64,000 bases of DNA from Lentisphaera marina (lineage in GTDB: Bacteria > Verrucomicrobiota > Lentisphaeria > Lentisphaerales > Lentisphaeraceae), in assembly GCF_028745505.1 (NCBI RefSeq), contig NZ_JAQZZL010000001.1:1421818-1485817 (forward strand). Reading direction: 5' to 3'. The notes beneath the pieces were generated by a model, which was not told the origin of the DNA, did not search any database, and worked only from the letters and a program-made list of their open reading frames with translations. The position numbers and the translations under genes were made by a program. Below, in pieces: positions 25,964-35,880 of the stretch. Position 1 is the stretch's first letter. Each line of letters begins with the position of its first letter.

Positions 25964-28900
25964 ATGTCAGAAGAAGAAAAAACAGAGCAACTTGGGGGTG
26001 GAACCTACGAGCTACTAAAAGGTCGTATCGATACTCAGGTTAAAGATTTACAGGGCCGCATGGAGGGGCTCAATGAGCAGCGAAAAGAAGTCTTTGGCTC
26101 TATTGCGACATCACTTATTGGAAGTGATAAAATTACGACGCCAAACAATTGCATTGCACAAGATTTTTGTACGATAGGTCAGAACTTTATTTTTGGTTAC
26201 AATGTAACTTTAGGGCTTAAGAGCCACACGAGTTTAGAGGACGTCTTTGCGATTTATTTATACGAAGATGGACGTTTTCACGAACAAAATTTAGAGCTTA
26301 TACAAAGCGACGAATTTCTAGACAAATTTGCCGACCTCTACAAATACTATAAAAAAGCGCAGTTTGTGCGTTTTTCGACTCGTGGGCACAAGCTTTACAT
26401 GGTCTTTCGCATTGGCGAAGATATTGATGATCTCAAGGTTTTTAAGTGGACGATTAATGAAGGTTCATTGACTTATGTTGATGACCGTAGTGTGCACGAA
26501 TACAGTTATCCCCCACAGCATGAATTTGAATGGCAGCGTACGACCCGCGACATGCACGTAGAAGGCGATCACCCGCACGTTTCCATTGATGATCGCGTTT
26601 TTGTAGAGACAGTTGGTGGTGACTTGACGATCAAAGTAGAAAATAATACTGGTGATGGCAGTGGTATCTACGAAGAAGATGTGGAAAACAAAGACCAAAC
26701 TTTAGACGATGGCGATATTAATTACGCAGTATTAGATAATCTAATTATGCTAAAAATACGTCCTTATCAAGAGAAAGAGGACCGTTATATTGTCTATAAT
26801 GACAAGTTGAAAGAAGCGGTTAGGATTGATCGAATCCGCAATTCATGCGTGCTTTTGCCAGAAGGACACGGGATTATATTTTCCAATGGTTACTACCTGC
26901 AAAATGGTGAGTATAAGCTCTTTGATCTCGATGTAAATAATTTAAAATTTGACCGTAAGCAAGCTTCTCCAAATGGCGAAGATATGCTTTACGTTTTTTA
27001 TAATCGTGAACAGGGCGTGTATGTTCTGCAGTTTTATAATCTAATTGATCAGCGTGTGTCGACTCCGATTATTTGTCATGGTTTTTCACTATTCCCCGAT
27101 GGTAAGATGGTTTACTTCAAGTCAGAGGATGAACCACGTAAGCACCATACGATTCAAGTTTGGCAAACCCCATTTACTGCTGCTGATTTTATACCAGAAG
27201 TGAGTGAAGAACAGGCACAGAGTCAGATTTATAAAATTGGCAATAAAGAAGTTGTCAGTTGCATGGCGGAATGTCAGGAAGTTATCAATTTACTTTCCCG
27301 TGGCGAGAGTTACGCCGACCTCTATGTCGATGTCGTCAAAAAATCGACAGATATTCTCGATGGTTACTTTTGGTTGAAAGAAGAGGGCGTGGGTAATTTA
27401 GCTGACCCACTTGATGGCATTCGCTTGGCTTCGACCACGGCAATTGACGAATACGAGAAAGTCAAAAAACTTCGTAAAGAAACGGATAAAATGACCAAAG
27501 AGGTTGCGGCTGAGGCTGAAGAATTATTCCGCCAAATTCCCTATACCGCCTTTGATCATATAGATAAATTTGTTGGGAAACTTAGTGAGTTACGTCAGTT
27601 GCGTTCACATGTGATTGAACTCAAAGAACGCGCTTATGCAGATATTAACTTTTGTGATGAAATCGAAAAAGAAATCTTAGAGAACTCGGACAAAATTTCT
27701 GGACGTTGCATCGATTTCCTTGCCGATGAAAAATCACTCGATCCCTATCGTGAGCAAATTTCAGCTCACGAAGAGCAACTTGCGGTTTTTGCAAAAGTGA
27801 TGGAAGGCAAAGAACTCGAGGAAAAGCTTGCGGAGACCGCAAGTCAGCTTGAGATGTTAATTGAAACAGTTTCGAATTTAAAAATCGATGACCCGACGCG
27901 GACCACGCAAGTCATTGATTCCATCTCTAGTGTTTTTACTATACTGAACCAAACGAAAGGCAAGCTCAAAAACCGTATCAAAGACTTGATGTCTGTGGAA
28001 GGGAAAGCCGAGTTTAATGCACAGCTCAAATTACTCAATCAAGGTGTGGTCAATTACTTAGATGTGGCGAATGAACCAGCTGTGGTAGAAGAATATTTGA
28101 CTAAGGCGATGGTGCAGTTAGAGGAACTTGAGAGTCGTTTTTCTGAGTTTGATGAATTCATCCCCGTCTTAGCTGAAAAACGCGATGAAATTCAAAATGC
28201 GTTTGAGCAACGCCGTATTTTCCTTAGTGAAGAGCGTGCAAGAAAAGCAGAAGCCTACATGGCCGCTGCCGACCGAATTTTAAAATCCATTAGCAATCGC
28301 TTAAAGAACTTTAAAGAAGTTAAGGAGATTTCTTCTTATTTCGCCGCGGATATGATGGTGGATAAACTACGTGATTTAGTTGGTAAACTACGTGATGCGG
28401 GTGATTCAGTTCGCGCAGATGACTTGGAAAGTCGTTTGAAAAGTCTTAAAGAAGAAGCGATTCGTCAGCTCAAGGATAAGACTGAACTCTATGTTGAAGG
28501 AGAAGATGCAGTACGTTTTGGTAAGCATGTTTTCTCGGTCAATAAACAGGATCTCAAACTCACCTTAGTTTCGCGTGAAGGCGACTTTTATTACCATTTA
28601 ACAGGAACTCGCTTTTTCGAGAAAGTTGAATCAGAAGAACTAGAAGAGACACGTGAAGTCTGGAGCATGGAATGTGTTTCGGAGAATAGCGAAGTCTATC
28701 GAGCAGAGTTTTTGGTTAAAGCCATAATTGATGACTTAGAAGAGAAAGACTTAGCTGAACTTATTGCTAAAAGTGATGAAGAATTAGTAGAGTACGTTCG
28801 CCAATTTATGGCACCGCGTTACGAGGAGAATTATACCAAGGGTATTCATGACCATGATGCCGCTTTAATTCTCCGACAAGTGCTCATCCTCATGCGCGAT

Positions 28901-31165
28901 ATGGATTTACTTAACTTCTCGCCAATGGTTAGATCTGCAGCACAGCTCTTTTGGTTGAGTTTGGAAGAAGGTGAAGACAAAGAAAAACTCCTGAGCCGCA
29001 TTAAGAATTTTGGCATTATGTATCAGTTATTCCCCGGTCGTAAGCCAGGTCAAGATTTAGTTGATGATTTGAGGGAGTCTTTTGATGTGTCTTTAGCGAG
29101 TGAACTATGTTCCGAACTCGAGAGAGGCGAAGCGGTGGACTACCTCATACGCGAATTGGGACGTCATGATCACTTCATTATTTCTCATGCGGCGAGTCAA
29201 TTGCATCACGCATTTGAAGCCCATTTGAAGTCGGCGCGTTTTAAGCTCAAATTAGACGAATCCTTGGATGCTCAATTTGCGGGCAATATTTCTCAACGTT
29301 TTGAAATTGTCAGCGAATGGATGAAGGCGTTTATCGAAATGAAAGGGGATGAATTTAATTCTGCTTACCTCAATGAAGCCGCTTTAATTTTTGCTGCCCA
29401 GAGTTTTAATCCTCTGCACGTGATTCAGGCCGAGATGGAAAAAGAAATCGCAGATATGGTCGGTTCACATTCACTTCTTAAAGAAGGTGGAATTTATAGC
29501 TTAGATTTCCAAGACTTTTCAAAGCGCTTAGATAGTTTCGTACATATAACGGCACCAAAATATCGTCGCTATGTGGATCTAAAGCACGAATTAAGTGAAC
29601 AGCAAAAAAGCTTCATGCGCCTAGATGAATTTAAGCCACGTGTTTTGAGCTCATTTGTTCGTAACCGTTTAATTAACGAAGTTTATCTCCCCATGGTTGG
29701 CGATAACCTAGCGAAACAAATGGGGACCCTAGGTGAGAATAAGCGTACTGACCTTATGGGGATGTTGCTTTTGATTTCACCTCCAGGTTACGGTAAGACG
29801 ACTCTGATGGAATACATTTCCTCATGCTTAGGCTTAGTCTTTATGAAGATTAACGCTCCAGCCATTGGTCATGCCGTCACTTCTCTAGATCCTGCGGAGG
29901 CACCCAATGCGTCTGCAGCGGAAGAACTCAAGAAATTGAATTTGGCTTTCGAGATGGGAGATAATGTGATGATTTATCTTGATGATATTCAGCACTCCAA
30001 TCCCGAGCTCTTACAGAAATTCATTTCCCTCTGTGATGGTCAAAGAAAAATTGAAGGTGTCTACAAAGGGCAGCCAAAGACTTATGACCTACGTGGACGT
30101 AAAGTTTGTGTGATTATGGCGGGTAACCCCTATAATGAATCGGGTGAAAAATTCCAGATTCCAGATATGCTTTCCAACCGTGCAGATACCTATAATTTGG
30201 GTGACATTATCGGCGATACCAAAGAGGCCTTCTATTCGTCTTACTTAGAAAACTCATTAACATCTAATCCTGCACTTGCGAAACTCGCAACCGCAGGTCG
30301 AAAAGATGTGGAATCCTTTATTGCCGCGGCTGAAAAAGGAAGTAGTCAGGGGGTTAGTATTGAGGGTGATTTCTCAACGGCTGAAATGAACGATATTATT
30401 GAAGTTTTAAAGAAATTACTCGTCGTCCGCGATGCTATTGCGGCAGTCAACTTAGAATATATTCGTTCAGCTTCTATTCAGGATGATTACCGTACAGAAC
30501 CTTCCTTCAAACTACAGGGTTCATACCGTAATATGAATAAGATTACTGAGAAGGTATTGCCCATTATGAATGATGAAGAATTGGATACACTGATTCAAAG
30601 TCATTATAATAATGAATCGCAGACGCTAACGGGTGATGCTGAATTTAACTTACTCAAATTCCGTGAACTCACCGATCATTTGAGTGATGAAGATATTCAG
30701 AGAATTGGCGATATTCGCAATACTTTTGGTCGTAATCAACTCTTTGCGAATGCAGATGAGAATGATCCAGTGTCGCAAGTTGTGGTTCAGCTCGGTCAAT
30801 TTTCTGAAAAACTTAGTCAGATTAGCGAAGTTATTGCTGCGGCCTCCGCAAGTAATTCCAAAAAGTCTGGTTTTAGTTTAGATGAAGATACCATGGCTAA
30901 GTTGACGAAATTATTCTATCCAGATGAAAAGGATAAACGTGATCGTCATGTTGTTGTTCCTGGTAAGGTAGAGATCGTCAATAATGTTCCAGACTTTTTC
31001 TCTCACATCCTCAAGGATCAATTTGAGGTCATGAAGAATTGGATTAAGCCCTTGATGGCAGACAACATGATCGAACGCGATGATATTGCCGACCTCAAGA
31101 ATTCAATGCTCGACCTTTCAGCTAATTACCAACAGCTACTCGAGCGCATGGGCCAAGACGAATAG
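25964..31165 (+). CDS. Giant (1733 aa) uncharacterized protein with a single C-terminal MoxR/AAA_5-class AAA+ ATPase domain
   Basis: Continuous 5.2 kb ORF. Walker A LLLISPPGYGKTTL near residue 1290, Walker B MIYLDDIQHSNPELLQKF, sensor-1-like VCVIMAGNPYNESGEKFQIPDMLSNRADTY resembling the MoxR ATQNP...LDRF block. The about 1250 N-terminal residues are mostly helical/coiled-coil with no motif I recognise. Confidence 0.7.
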   Translation: MSEEEKTEQLGGGTYELLKGRIDTQVKDLQGRMEGLNEQRKEVFGSIATSLIGSDKITTPNNCIAQDFCTIGQNFIFGYNVTLGLKSHTSLEDVFAIYLYEDGRFHEQNLELIQSDEFLDKFADLYKYYKKAQFVRFSTRGHKLYMVFRIGEDIDDLKVFKWTINEGSLTYVDDRSVHEYSYPPQHEFEWQRTTRDMHVEGDHPHVSIDDRVFVETVGGDLTIKVENNTGDGSGIYEEDVENKDQTLDDGDINYAVLDNLIMLKIRPYQEKEDRYIVYNDKLKEAVRIDRIRNSCVLLPEGHGIIFSNGYYLQNGEYKLFDLDVNNLKFDRKQASPNGEDMLYVFYNREQGVYVLQFYNLIDQRVSTPIICHGFSLFPDGKMVYFKSEDEPRKHHTIQVWQTPFTAADFIPEVSEEQAQSQIYKIGNKEVVSCMAECQEVINLLSRGESYADLYVDVVKKSTDILDGYFWLKEEGVGNLADPLDGIRLASTTAIDEYEKVKKLRKETDKMTKEVAAEAEELFRQIPYTAFDHIDKFVGKLSELRQLRSHVIELKERAYADINFCDEIEKEILENSDKISGRCIDFLADEKSLDPYREQISAHEEQLAVFAKVMEGKELEEKLAETASQLEMLIETVSNLKIDDPTRTTQVIDSISSVFTILNQTKGKLKNRIKDLMSVEGKAEFNAQLKLLNQGVVNYLDVANEPAVVEEYLTKAMVQLEELESRFSEFDEFIPVLAEKRDEIQNAFEQRRIFLSEERARKAEAYMAAADRILKSISNRLKNFKEVKEISSYFAADMMVDKLRDLVGKLRDAGDSVRADDLESRLKSLKEEAIRQLKDKTELYVEGEDAVRFGKHVFSVNKQDLKLTLVSREGDFYYHLTGTRFFEKVESEELEETREVWSMECVSENSEVYRAEFLVKAIIDDLEEKDLAELIAKSDEELVEYVRQFMAPRYEENYTKGIHDHDAALILRQVLILMRDMDLLNFSPMVRSAAQLFWLSLEEGEDKEKLLSRIKNFGIMYQLFPGRKPGQDLVDDLRESFDVSLASELCSELERGEAVDYLIRELGRHDHFIISHAASQLHHAFEAHLKSARFKLKLDESLDAQFAGNISQRFEIVSEWMKAFIEMKGDEFNSAYLNEAALIFAAQSFNPLHVIQAEMEKEIADMVGSHSLLKEGGIYSLDFQDFSKRLDSFVHITAPKYRRYVDLKHELSEQQKSFMRLDEFKPRVLSSFVRNRLINEVYLPMVGDNLAKQMGTLGENKRTDLMGMLLLISPPGYGKTTLMEYISSCLGLVFMKINAPAIGHAVTSLDPAEAPNASAAEELKKLNLAFEMGDNVMIYLDDIQHSNPELLQKFISLCDGQRKIEGVYKGQPKTYDLRGRKVCVIMAGNPYNESGEKFQIPDMLSNRADTYNLGDIIGDTKEAFYSSYLENSLTSNPALAKLATAGRKDVESFIAAAEKGSSQGVSIEGDFSTAEMNDIIEVLKKLLVVRDAIAAVNLEYIRSASIQDDYRTEPSFKLQGSYRNMNKITEKVLPIMNDEELDTLIQSHYNNESQTLTGDAEFNLLKFRELTDHLSDEDIQRIGDIRNTFGRNQLFANADENDPVSQVVVQLGQFSEKLSQISEVIAAASASNSKKSGFSLDEDTMAKLTKLFYPDEKDKRDRHVVVPGKVEIVNNVPDFFSHILKDQFEVMKNWIKPLMADNMIERDDIADLKNSMLDLSANYQQLLERMGQDE

Positions 31166-31237
31166 TCGCAGTTCAATCATAATAATAAAAAGACTCTAAT
31201 TACAGAGCAATAATAAAATTAACAGGAGAGGAGATAT

Positions 31238-32764
31238 ATGTTTATATTTGTATTGGGATTAATGGTACTAGCTCTAGGAGCGGTTATACCCATTCTTTTA
31301 GGCGATAAAATGGATGGGGTGATTAAAGTATTCTTCCGTGTTTCGGCAGGAGTGATTGCTTTGGTGTTAATTGTAGCTTCGACTGCAATTTATGTAGAAG
31401 ATGATCAAGCGGGAATTGTGATTGTTAAATTTGGTAAAGATTTACCTGTGGGGCAAATTATTGCCACCAAGGGAGAAAAAGGACCACAAGCCCAAGTATT
31501 GCCTCCAGGCTGGCACTTTTTATACTGGCCTTGGTTATATGATCTAAAAACAGTCGATAACATGACGATCCCCCAAGGAAATGTAGGTGTTGTAGAAGCG
31601 ATGGACGGAGCCAATTCTTTGCCTAAAGGAGAAATATTTGCTCAAGAATGGGAGAACCCCGTTGATATGCTCAATGCTCAGATGTTCATGGAGAAAGGAA
31701 ATAAAGGACCTCAATTAACTGTATTAACGCCAGGTCAATACCGCTACAACCCACGCCTTTTTAAGATTACGGTGAAAAAAGCCTTAGAGGTGCCCATTGG
31801 TACCGTTGCCGTTATTAAAGCGAATGCGGGTAAACCTTATGAAATCACAGAGAAAGTGGAGATGGTTAATGGCGTGCCAATTGTACCCAAAGGTTTTAGA
31901 GGGATTTGGAATAAAGCACTTTCACCTAATGCGTATTACCTGCATCCTGATGCCTTTGTTGTGACTTTAGTTCAGACAACCAATCGAGTTTATAATTACG
32001 TTCAAAAGAATAGCATTACGGTTAAAACGAGTGATTCATTTGAGTTCCCAGTGGATGTTCGTGTATCAGTGAAAATATCAGCTGAAGACGCTCCCTATGT
32101 CGTTGCAATGTTGGCAAATCCTGACGCCGACTTGGACCGTAATGGTTTTGTCGTACTTGAAGACCGCGTCATTCTCCCCACTATTCGTGCTATTTTTAGA
32201 AATAATGCTGAATCGCGTGGAGCAATTCAGTATGTTCAGGAACGTTCTCAGATCGAAGAAAGTGCGACGGCCACGTTTGCAGAAAAGTTAGCGACATACC
32301 GAGTGACTACGGATGGAGTCTATGTGGCAGATATTGGTATTCGTGATACTGAAGAAGGCAAGAAGCTCTTGTCGACTCAAACTGATAAAGAAGTTGCTAA
32401 GCAAGAAGTAGATACTTTTAAAGTACAGCAAACAGCTGAAATTGAGCGTGCACAAGTAGTAAAAGCTAAAGAAGATGCGGAACAAGAGCAGTTAAAAGCT
32501 AAAGCAAGAGCCAAAGTGGATATTGCTGAGCAGGAGGCTCAGGCTGAGATTAAATTGGCGGAAGGGCGAGCTCAAGCTTACATGAAAAAAATGGAAGCAC
32601 TTGGAGGTGTTGATAATTTTGTTAAACTAGAAATGCTTCGCTTAGCGATGGAGCAGTGGGACGGTAAAGTCCCAGAAATTCTTCTCATGGGTGGAGGTGA
32701 TTCAAGTAGTGCAGAAGCAGTGAACTCATTGATAATGAAAAAGCTTCAAGCAGATAAGAAATAA
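31238..32764 (+). CDS. Second SPFH/Band-7 family membrane protein with coiled-coil C-terminus
   Basis: Two N-terminal TMs, SPFH-like core, then Q/E/A/K-rich coiled coil (QEVDTFKVQQTAEIERAQVVKAKEDAEQEQLKAKARAK). Confidence 0.6.
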   Translation: MFIFVLGLMVLALGAVIPILLGDKMDGVIKVFFRVSAGVIALVLIVASTAIYVEDDQAGIVIVKFGKDLPVGQIIATKGEKGPQAQVLPPGWHFLYWPWLYDLKTVDNMTIPQGNVGVVEAMDGANSLPKGEIFAQEWENPVDMLNAQMFMEKGNKGPQLTVLTPGQYRYNPRLFKITVKKALEVPIGTVAVIKANAGKPYEITEKVEMVNGVPIVPKGFRGIWNKALSPNAYYLHPDAFVVTLVQTTNRVYNYVQKNSITVKTSDSFEFPVDVRVSVKISAEDAPYVVAMLANPDADLDRNGFVVLEDRVILPTIRAIFRNNAESRGAIQYVQERSQIEESATATFAEKLATYRVTTDGVYVADIGIRDTEEGKKLLSTQTDKEVAKQEVDTFKVQQTAEIERAQVVKAKEDAEQEQLKAKARAKVDIAEQEAQAEIKLAEGRAQAYMKKMEALGGVDNFVKLEMLRLAMEQWDGKVPEILLMGGGDSSSAEAVNSLIMKKLQADKK

Positions 32765-32817
32765 TTCAAATTTATCGGTGCTAGAGTTTTTTAGCACTGA
32801 CGAGTTTTGGGAGGGAT

Positions 32818-33309
32818 ATGAAATATATAATGAAGGATAAGTTTTTTTCTCTTGGTGATAATTACGAGATTAAAACCGAGGATGAAAAATTAGCTTATAC
32901 AGTGAAAGGCAAATTTCTGAGTTTTGGAAATAAGCTCGATGTTTTTGATCACTCAGGTAAAAATGTTGCCTTTATTGAACAAAAGTTATTATCAATGATG
33001 CCCTGTTATCGTTTGTACAAAGGAGGGCTTATGTTTGCCGAAGTCATGCAAAAATTTGCTTGGTTTAAAAAGAATTTTCTTTTGGATGTTCCAGGACCAA
33101 ACGATTACACTATAAAAGGTGATTTTTGGGGACATAAATACAAATTTTATCGTTCGGGAAAAGTTGTGGCAAGAGTTGATAAGAAAATGTTTACTTGGGC
33201 CGATAGCTATGGAGTTGATATCGTCGAAGGAGAAGATGATCTTTCAATTATCTCAACAGTCATCATTATTGATCTAGTGAGTAATAATAATAGTGGTTCA
33301 GAGTTCTAA
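32818..33309 (+). CDS. LURP-one-related / tubby-C-terminal-like (DUF567, scramblase-like fold) protein
   Basis: 163 aa; pattern DKFFSLGDNYEIKTEDEKLAYTVKGKFLSFGNKLDVFDHSGKNVAFIEQKLLSM...FKKNFLLDVPG matches the LOR/DUF567 family repeating beta-hairpin motif. Confidence 0.5.
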   Translation: MKYIMKDKFFSLGDNYEIKTEDEKLAYTVKGKFLSFGNKLDVFDHSGKNVAFIEQKLLSMMPCYRLYKGGLMFAEVMQKFAWFKKNFLLDVPGPNDYTIKGDFWGHKYKFYRSGKVVARVDKKMFTWADSYGVDIVEGEDDLSIISTVIIIDLVSNNNSGSEF

Positions 33310-33392
33310 TACAACAATAGCATTTTGATGAATGTAGGCCATGGAAGTGGGCTTATGAACAACTAGTAATTAGCCATAGATGATAGTAAAAA

Positions 33393-33426
33393 AAGACGAA
33401 CTTGTGAAAGTTCGTCTTTAGTTTTT
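33393..33426 (+). terminator. Rho-independent terminator ending the pspA operon (bidirectional)
   Basis: Stem AAGACGAACT-tgtgaa-AGTTCGTCTT followed by TAGTTTTT; preceded by A7, so it can also terminate the convergent minus-strand gene. Confidence 0.75.
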
Positions 33427-33787
33427 AGGGACCTACAAGCTTAAAACAGAGTTGTTTGGTTAAGGTGTCTTGGGGCCCAGAATCTTTTCGAGATAGCAAA
33501 GTTTCTCCATTGTGATTATAGTAGTTGAGCTGGTTGAGCTTACAGAAGTCAATAAAGGCTTCGCAATGAAAATCTTGATCACAATTAATGACGGCCCAGA
33601 AATTTTTGAGTGAGTGTTCAACTTTTTTGAAATTTTTTCCCAGATAATTAAATGAATACTTTTTGGCGATGTTTTTGAGCTGAGGTGCTGCACCTACAAT
33701 GCTCACATCCATACCTTGTTTAAATGCTTTTTTAAGAATTGCTTTACCACGTTTTGTTACGCTGCCAAGTATAAGTATCTTTTTCAT
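33425..33787 (-). CDS. Small hypothetical protein, possibly truncated NAD(P)-binding Rossmann-like domain
   Basis: 120 aa; N-terminus MKKILILGSVTKRGKAIL resembles a dinucleotide-binding beta-alpha-beta; too short for a complete SDR/NmrA protein. Confidence 0.3.
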   Translation of the reverse strand: MKKILILGSVTKRGKAILKKAFKQGMDVSIVGAAPQLKNIAKKYSFNYLGKNFKKVEHSLKNFWAVINCDQDFHCEAFIDFCKLNQLNYYNHNGETLLSRKDSGPQDTLTKQLCFKLVGP

Positions 33788-33987
33788 TTAGACTATTCCT
33801 CTTTAGGTTTAGATCTTATAAAATAATGCCAAAACTTACTTGAAAGCAAACTTTTTTACTTGCTAATTGTGAGTATGATTAATTAAATTTACTCATGGGC
33901 TCTGAAAATGAATACATGACGACAATGAGTGCCAATTTTATGGGAGTTTAGCTATTAGTAAATTCTAATATTGAGAGGTCAAAGTGA

Positions 33988-34905
33988 TTATTTGAAGTCT
34001 TTTTTATGAAAACTTTGTATGGCTTGAGAGATTTCTTCTGAACTGGCATAGAGAACACCTTCGTGGTTCATGAAAGTGGAATCTGTGCGGTTGAGATCAA
34101 GCTTATTGCCATGAATATTTGAAGCTGGTTTCTGAGCTTCTTGGAATAGGTTGGCACTTGCAGCAAAATCCCATAAACTCCCGCCACCTAAACTTACTTT
34201 AGGTAACTTGAAATAGCAGGCGTGTTTATGACTTAGCGTCAAAACTGCATTCATGGCTCCGCCACCTTGGTGTAGGATTTTTAGTTTATTACAGCCCAAT
34301 TTTTCACTTAAACTGTGGATGAATTTTTTGGCAGTGGCAAAATTTTTGTTTTCATAAAAGCTACGATCACACATGAAGTAGAATGTGCTCTCTGAAGATT
34401 CATTCGTGAGTTTCCACGGGAGTTGATTTTTAAAGATACCTTGCTCTTTAATAGCGTGATATAGATCGTCTTTTACGGGGTCGTAAATGACTCCAATCAA
34501 AGGGCTGCCATCTTTTGCGACGAGAGCAATGCTGACCGAATAACCATGAATACCTTCAGTGAAGGGTAGCGTTCCATCCAGGGGATCTATGCACCAAAAA
34601 GCATCTTTGATATGTCGTTGTCCATCATCAGTACTTTCTTCGGCGAGCAATGCGAGGTCGAATTTTTCTAAGCTTGGTTTGAGGGTTTCTATAATGATTT
34701 TTTCGGCTTTGAGGTCAACTTCAGTGAAAATTTCTGAAGCTTTGGAACTCGCACCAAGTTTAAATTCATGTGTGAGTGCTTTGCCAGTATAAGATTGAAT
34801 GAGCTGGCCAGCTTCTTTAGCTGCTTGAATAGCTAATTTGCTGAGTTCGCAAAGTTGATCTTGATTGAGTCTCATGAGTTCAGCTCTTGAATGACTTGTC
34901 GGCAA
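33988..34905 (-). CDS. Inositol monophosphatase / CysQ-family phosphatase
   Basis: Metal-binding motifs EESTDD and WCIDPLDGT, and a C-terminal GGG...D region characteristic of the IMPase/FBPase/CysQ superfamily. Confidence 0.7.
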   Translation of the reverse strand: MPTSHSRAELMRLNQDQLCELSKLAIQAAKEAGQLIQSYTGKALTHEFKLGASSKASEIFTEVDLKAEKIIIETLKPSLEKFDLALLAEESTDDGQRHIKDAFWCIDPLDGTLPFTEGIHGYSVSIALVAKDGSPLIGVIYDPVKDDLYHAIKEQGIFKNQLPWKLTNESSESTFYFMCDRSFYENKNFATAKKFIHSLSEKLGCNKLKILHQGGGAMNAVLTLSHKHACYFKLPKVSLGGGSLWDFAASANLFQEAQKPASNIHGNKLDLNRTDSTFMNHEGVLYASSEEISQAIQSFHKKDFK

Positions 34906-35852
34906 ATGCGTTCACTATATGAATTTATTTTCCAATGTCCTGGACTCCATCCTTTGAGGAAGCGATGGAAATCTGCCCAAGCGTAGTGATAAAGCTCTCG
35001 CCAGTTATTTTTGAGTTCATTTAAATCGACATCTTTTTGATAGAGAGTGCAAGCTTTGCGGAGTTCGTAAAAATAAAAATTGAGAATTTCTTTTTCCATT
35101 GATTCACAATCTTCTTCATTAAGACAACTACCGACAAAATAGGCGAGGTCTTTCATTCCACAGCCGTGGCCGACGTATTGAAAGTCTACCGCAGCGACAC
35201 GGCTAGCATCTGGACTAAAGCAGAAATTCGCGAGTTTAGCATCGCCGTGAATAATAGTTTGATATGGTGATGATTTGAGCTTGTGATCAATGGCTTTAGC
35301 AGCTTTTTTGAGGGGAAGATCATCGAGAACTTCTAATTCATCGGGACGAGTTTCTAGATGCCAGTATGAACCGCTTTCCCAGAGACCAGTTGAGTTATTT
35401 TGAAGGAATTTAGCATGGAAATGTGCTAGCCAAGTTAAGCAGACTTCGAGTGAAGTTTGATTAATAGTATTCAAACGTTTTGGGAAGCCAATGGCATCCA
35501 TATCTTCTAAGATAATTAAAAAGTCATCATCGTTTTGCTCACAGGCAATGAGTTTTGGAACGGGAGCCATTTTAGGGCATAGTTCACTAAAGTTCTTGTA
35601 CCAAGAAGACTCAACGCGGTAGGATTTTAGTTTGCGTTGGTGGGAAATATCACTATTCCAACCTCGCGGATGATTTTTGTTGTTGGGTGGATTGACGTGC
35701 TTAACAATCAGTGATTCATACTCAGAAGATTTGAGCTTGATTCTAAGTATCTGGCCGTACCCACTCCACAATGACTGAACGAGTTCTGTAGATGTAATTT
35801 CAACAGGGCCAATCAGTCTTAGGAGTCGAGCTTTTAAATCTTTATCTAGCAT
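34872..35852 (-). CDS. Protein-kinase-like phosphotransferase (APH / fructosamine-kinase / choline-kinase-like fold)
   Basis: Catalytic-loop-like [11 protein letters not shown] and DFQYVGHG (DFG-like) motifs. Confidence 0.55.
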   Translation of the reverse strand: MLDKDLKARLLRLIGPVEITSTELVQSLWSGYGQILRIKLKSSEYESLIVKHVNPPNNKNHPRGWNSDISHQRKLKSYRVESSWYKNFSELCPKMAPVPKLIACEQNDDDFLIILEDMDAIGFPKRLNTINQTSLEVCLTWLAHFHAKFLQNNSTGLWESGSYWHLETRPDELEVLDDLPLKKAAKAIDHKLKSSPYQTIIHGDAKLANFCFSPDASRVAAVDFQYVGHGCGMKDLAYFVGSCLNEEDCESMEKEILNFYFYELRKACTLYQKDVDLNELKNNWRELYHYAWADFHRFLKGWSPGHWKINSYSERICRQVIQELNS

Positions 35853-35880
35853 AGAGTTTATCCTCTAAGCATAGTCGTTT

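Noticed and set aside
32765-32817. Short hairpin GTGCTA-gagttttt-TAGCAC between the second SPFH gene and the LOR gene considered as terminator
   Set aside because: Only a 6-bp stem with a T-run inside the loop rather than after it; too weak to call.
20489-33426. Interpreting the psp/SPFH/AAA+ locus as a horizontally acquired mobile defence island
   Set aside because: No integrase, transposase, tRNA attachment site, flanking direct repeats or obvious GC shift is visible. The locus is flanked by ordinary chromosomal genes, so the defence-system idea remains only a functional hypothesis.
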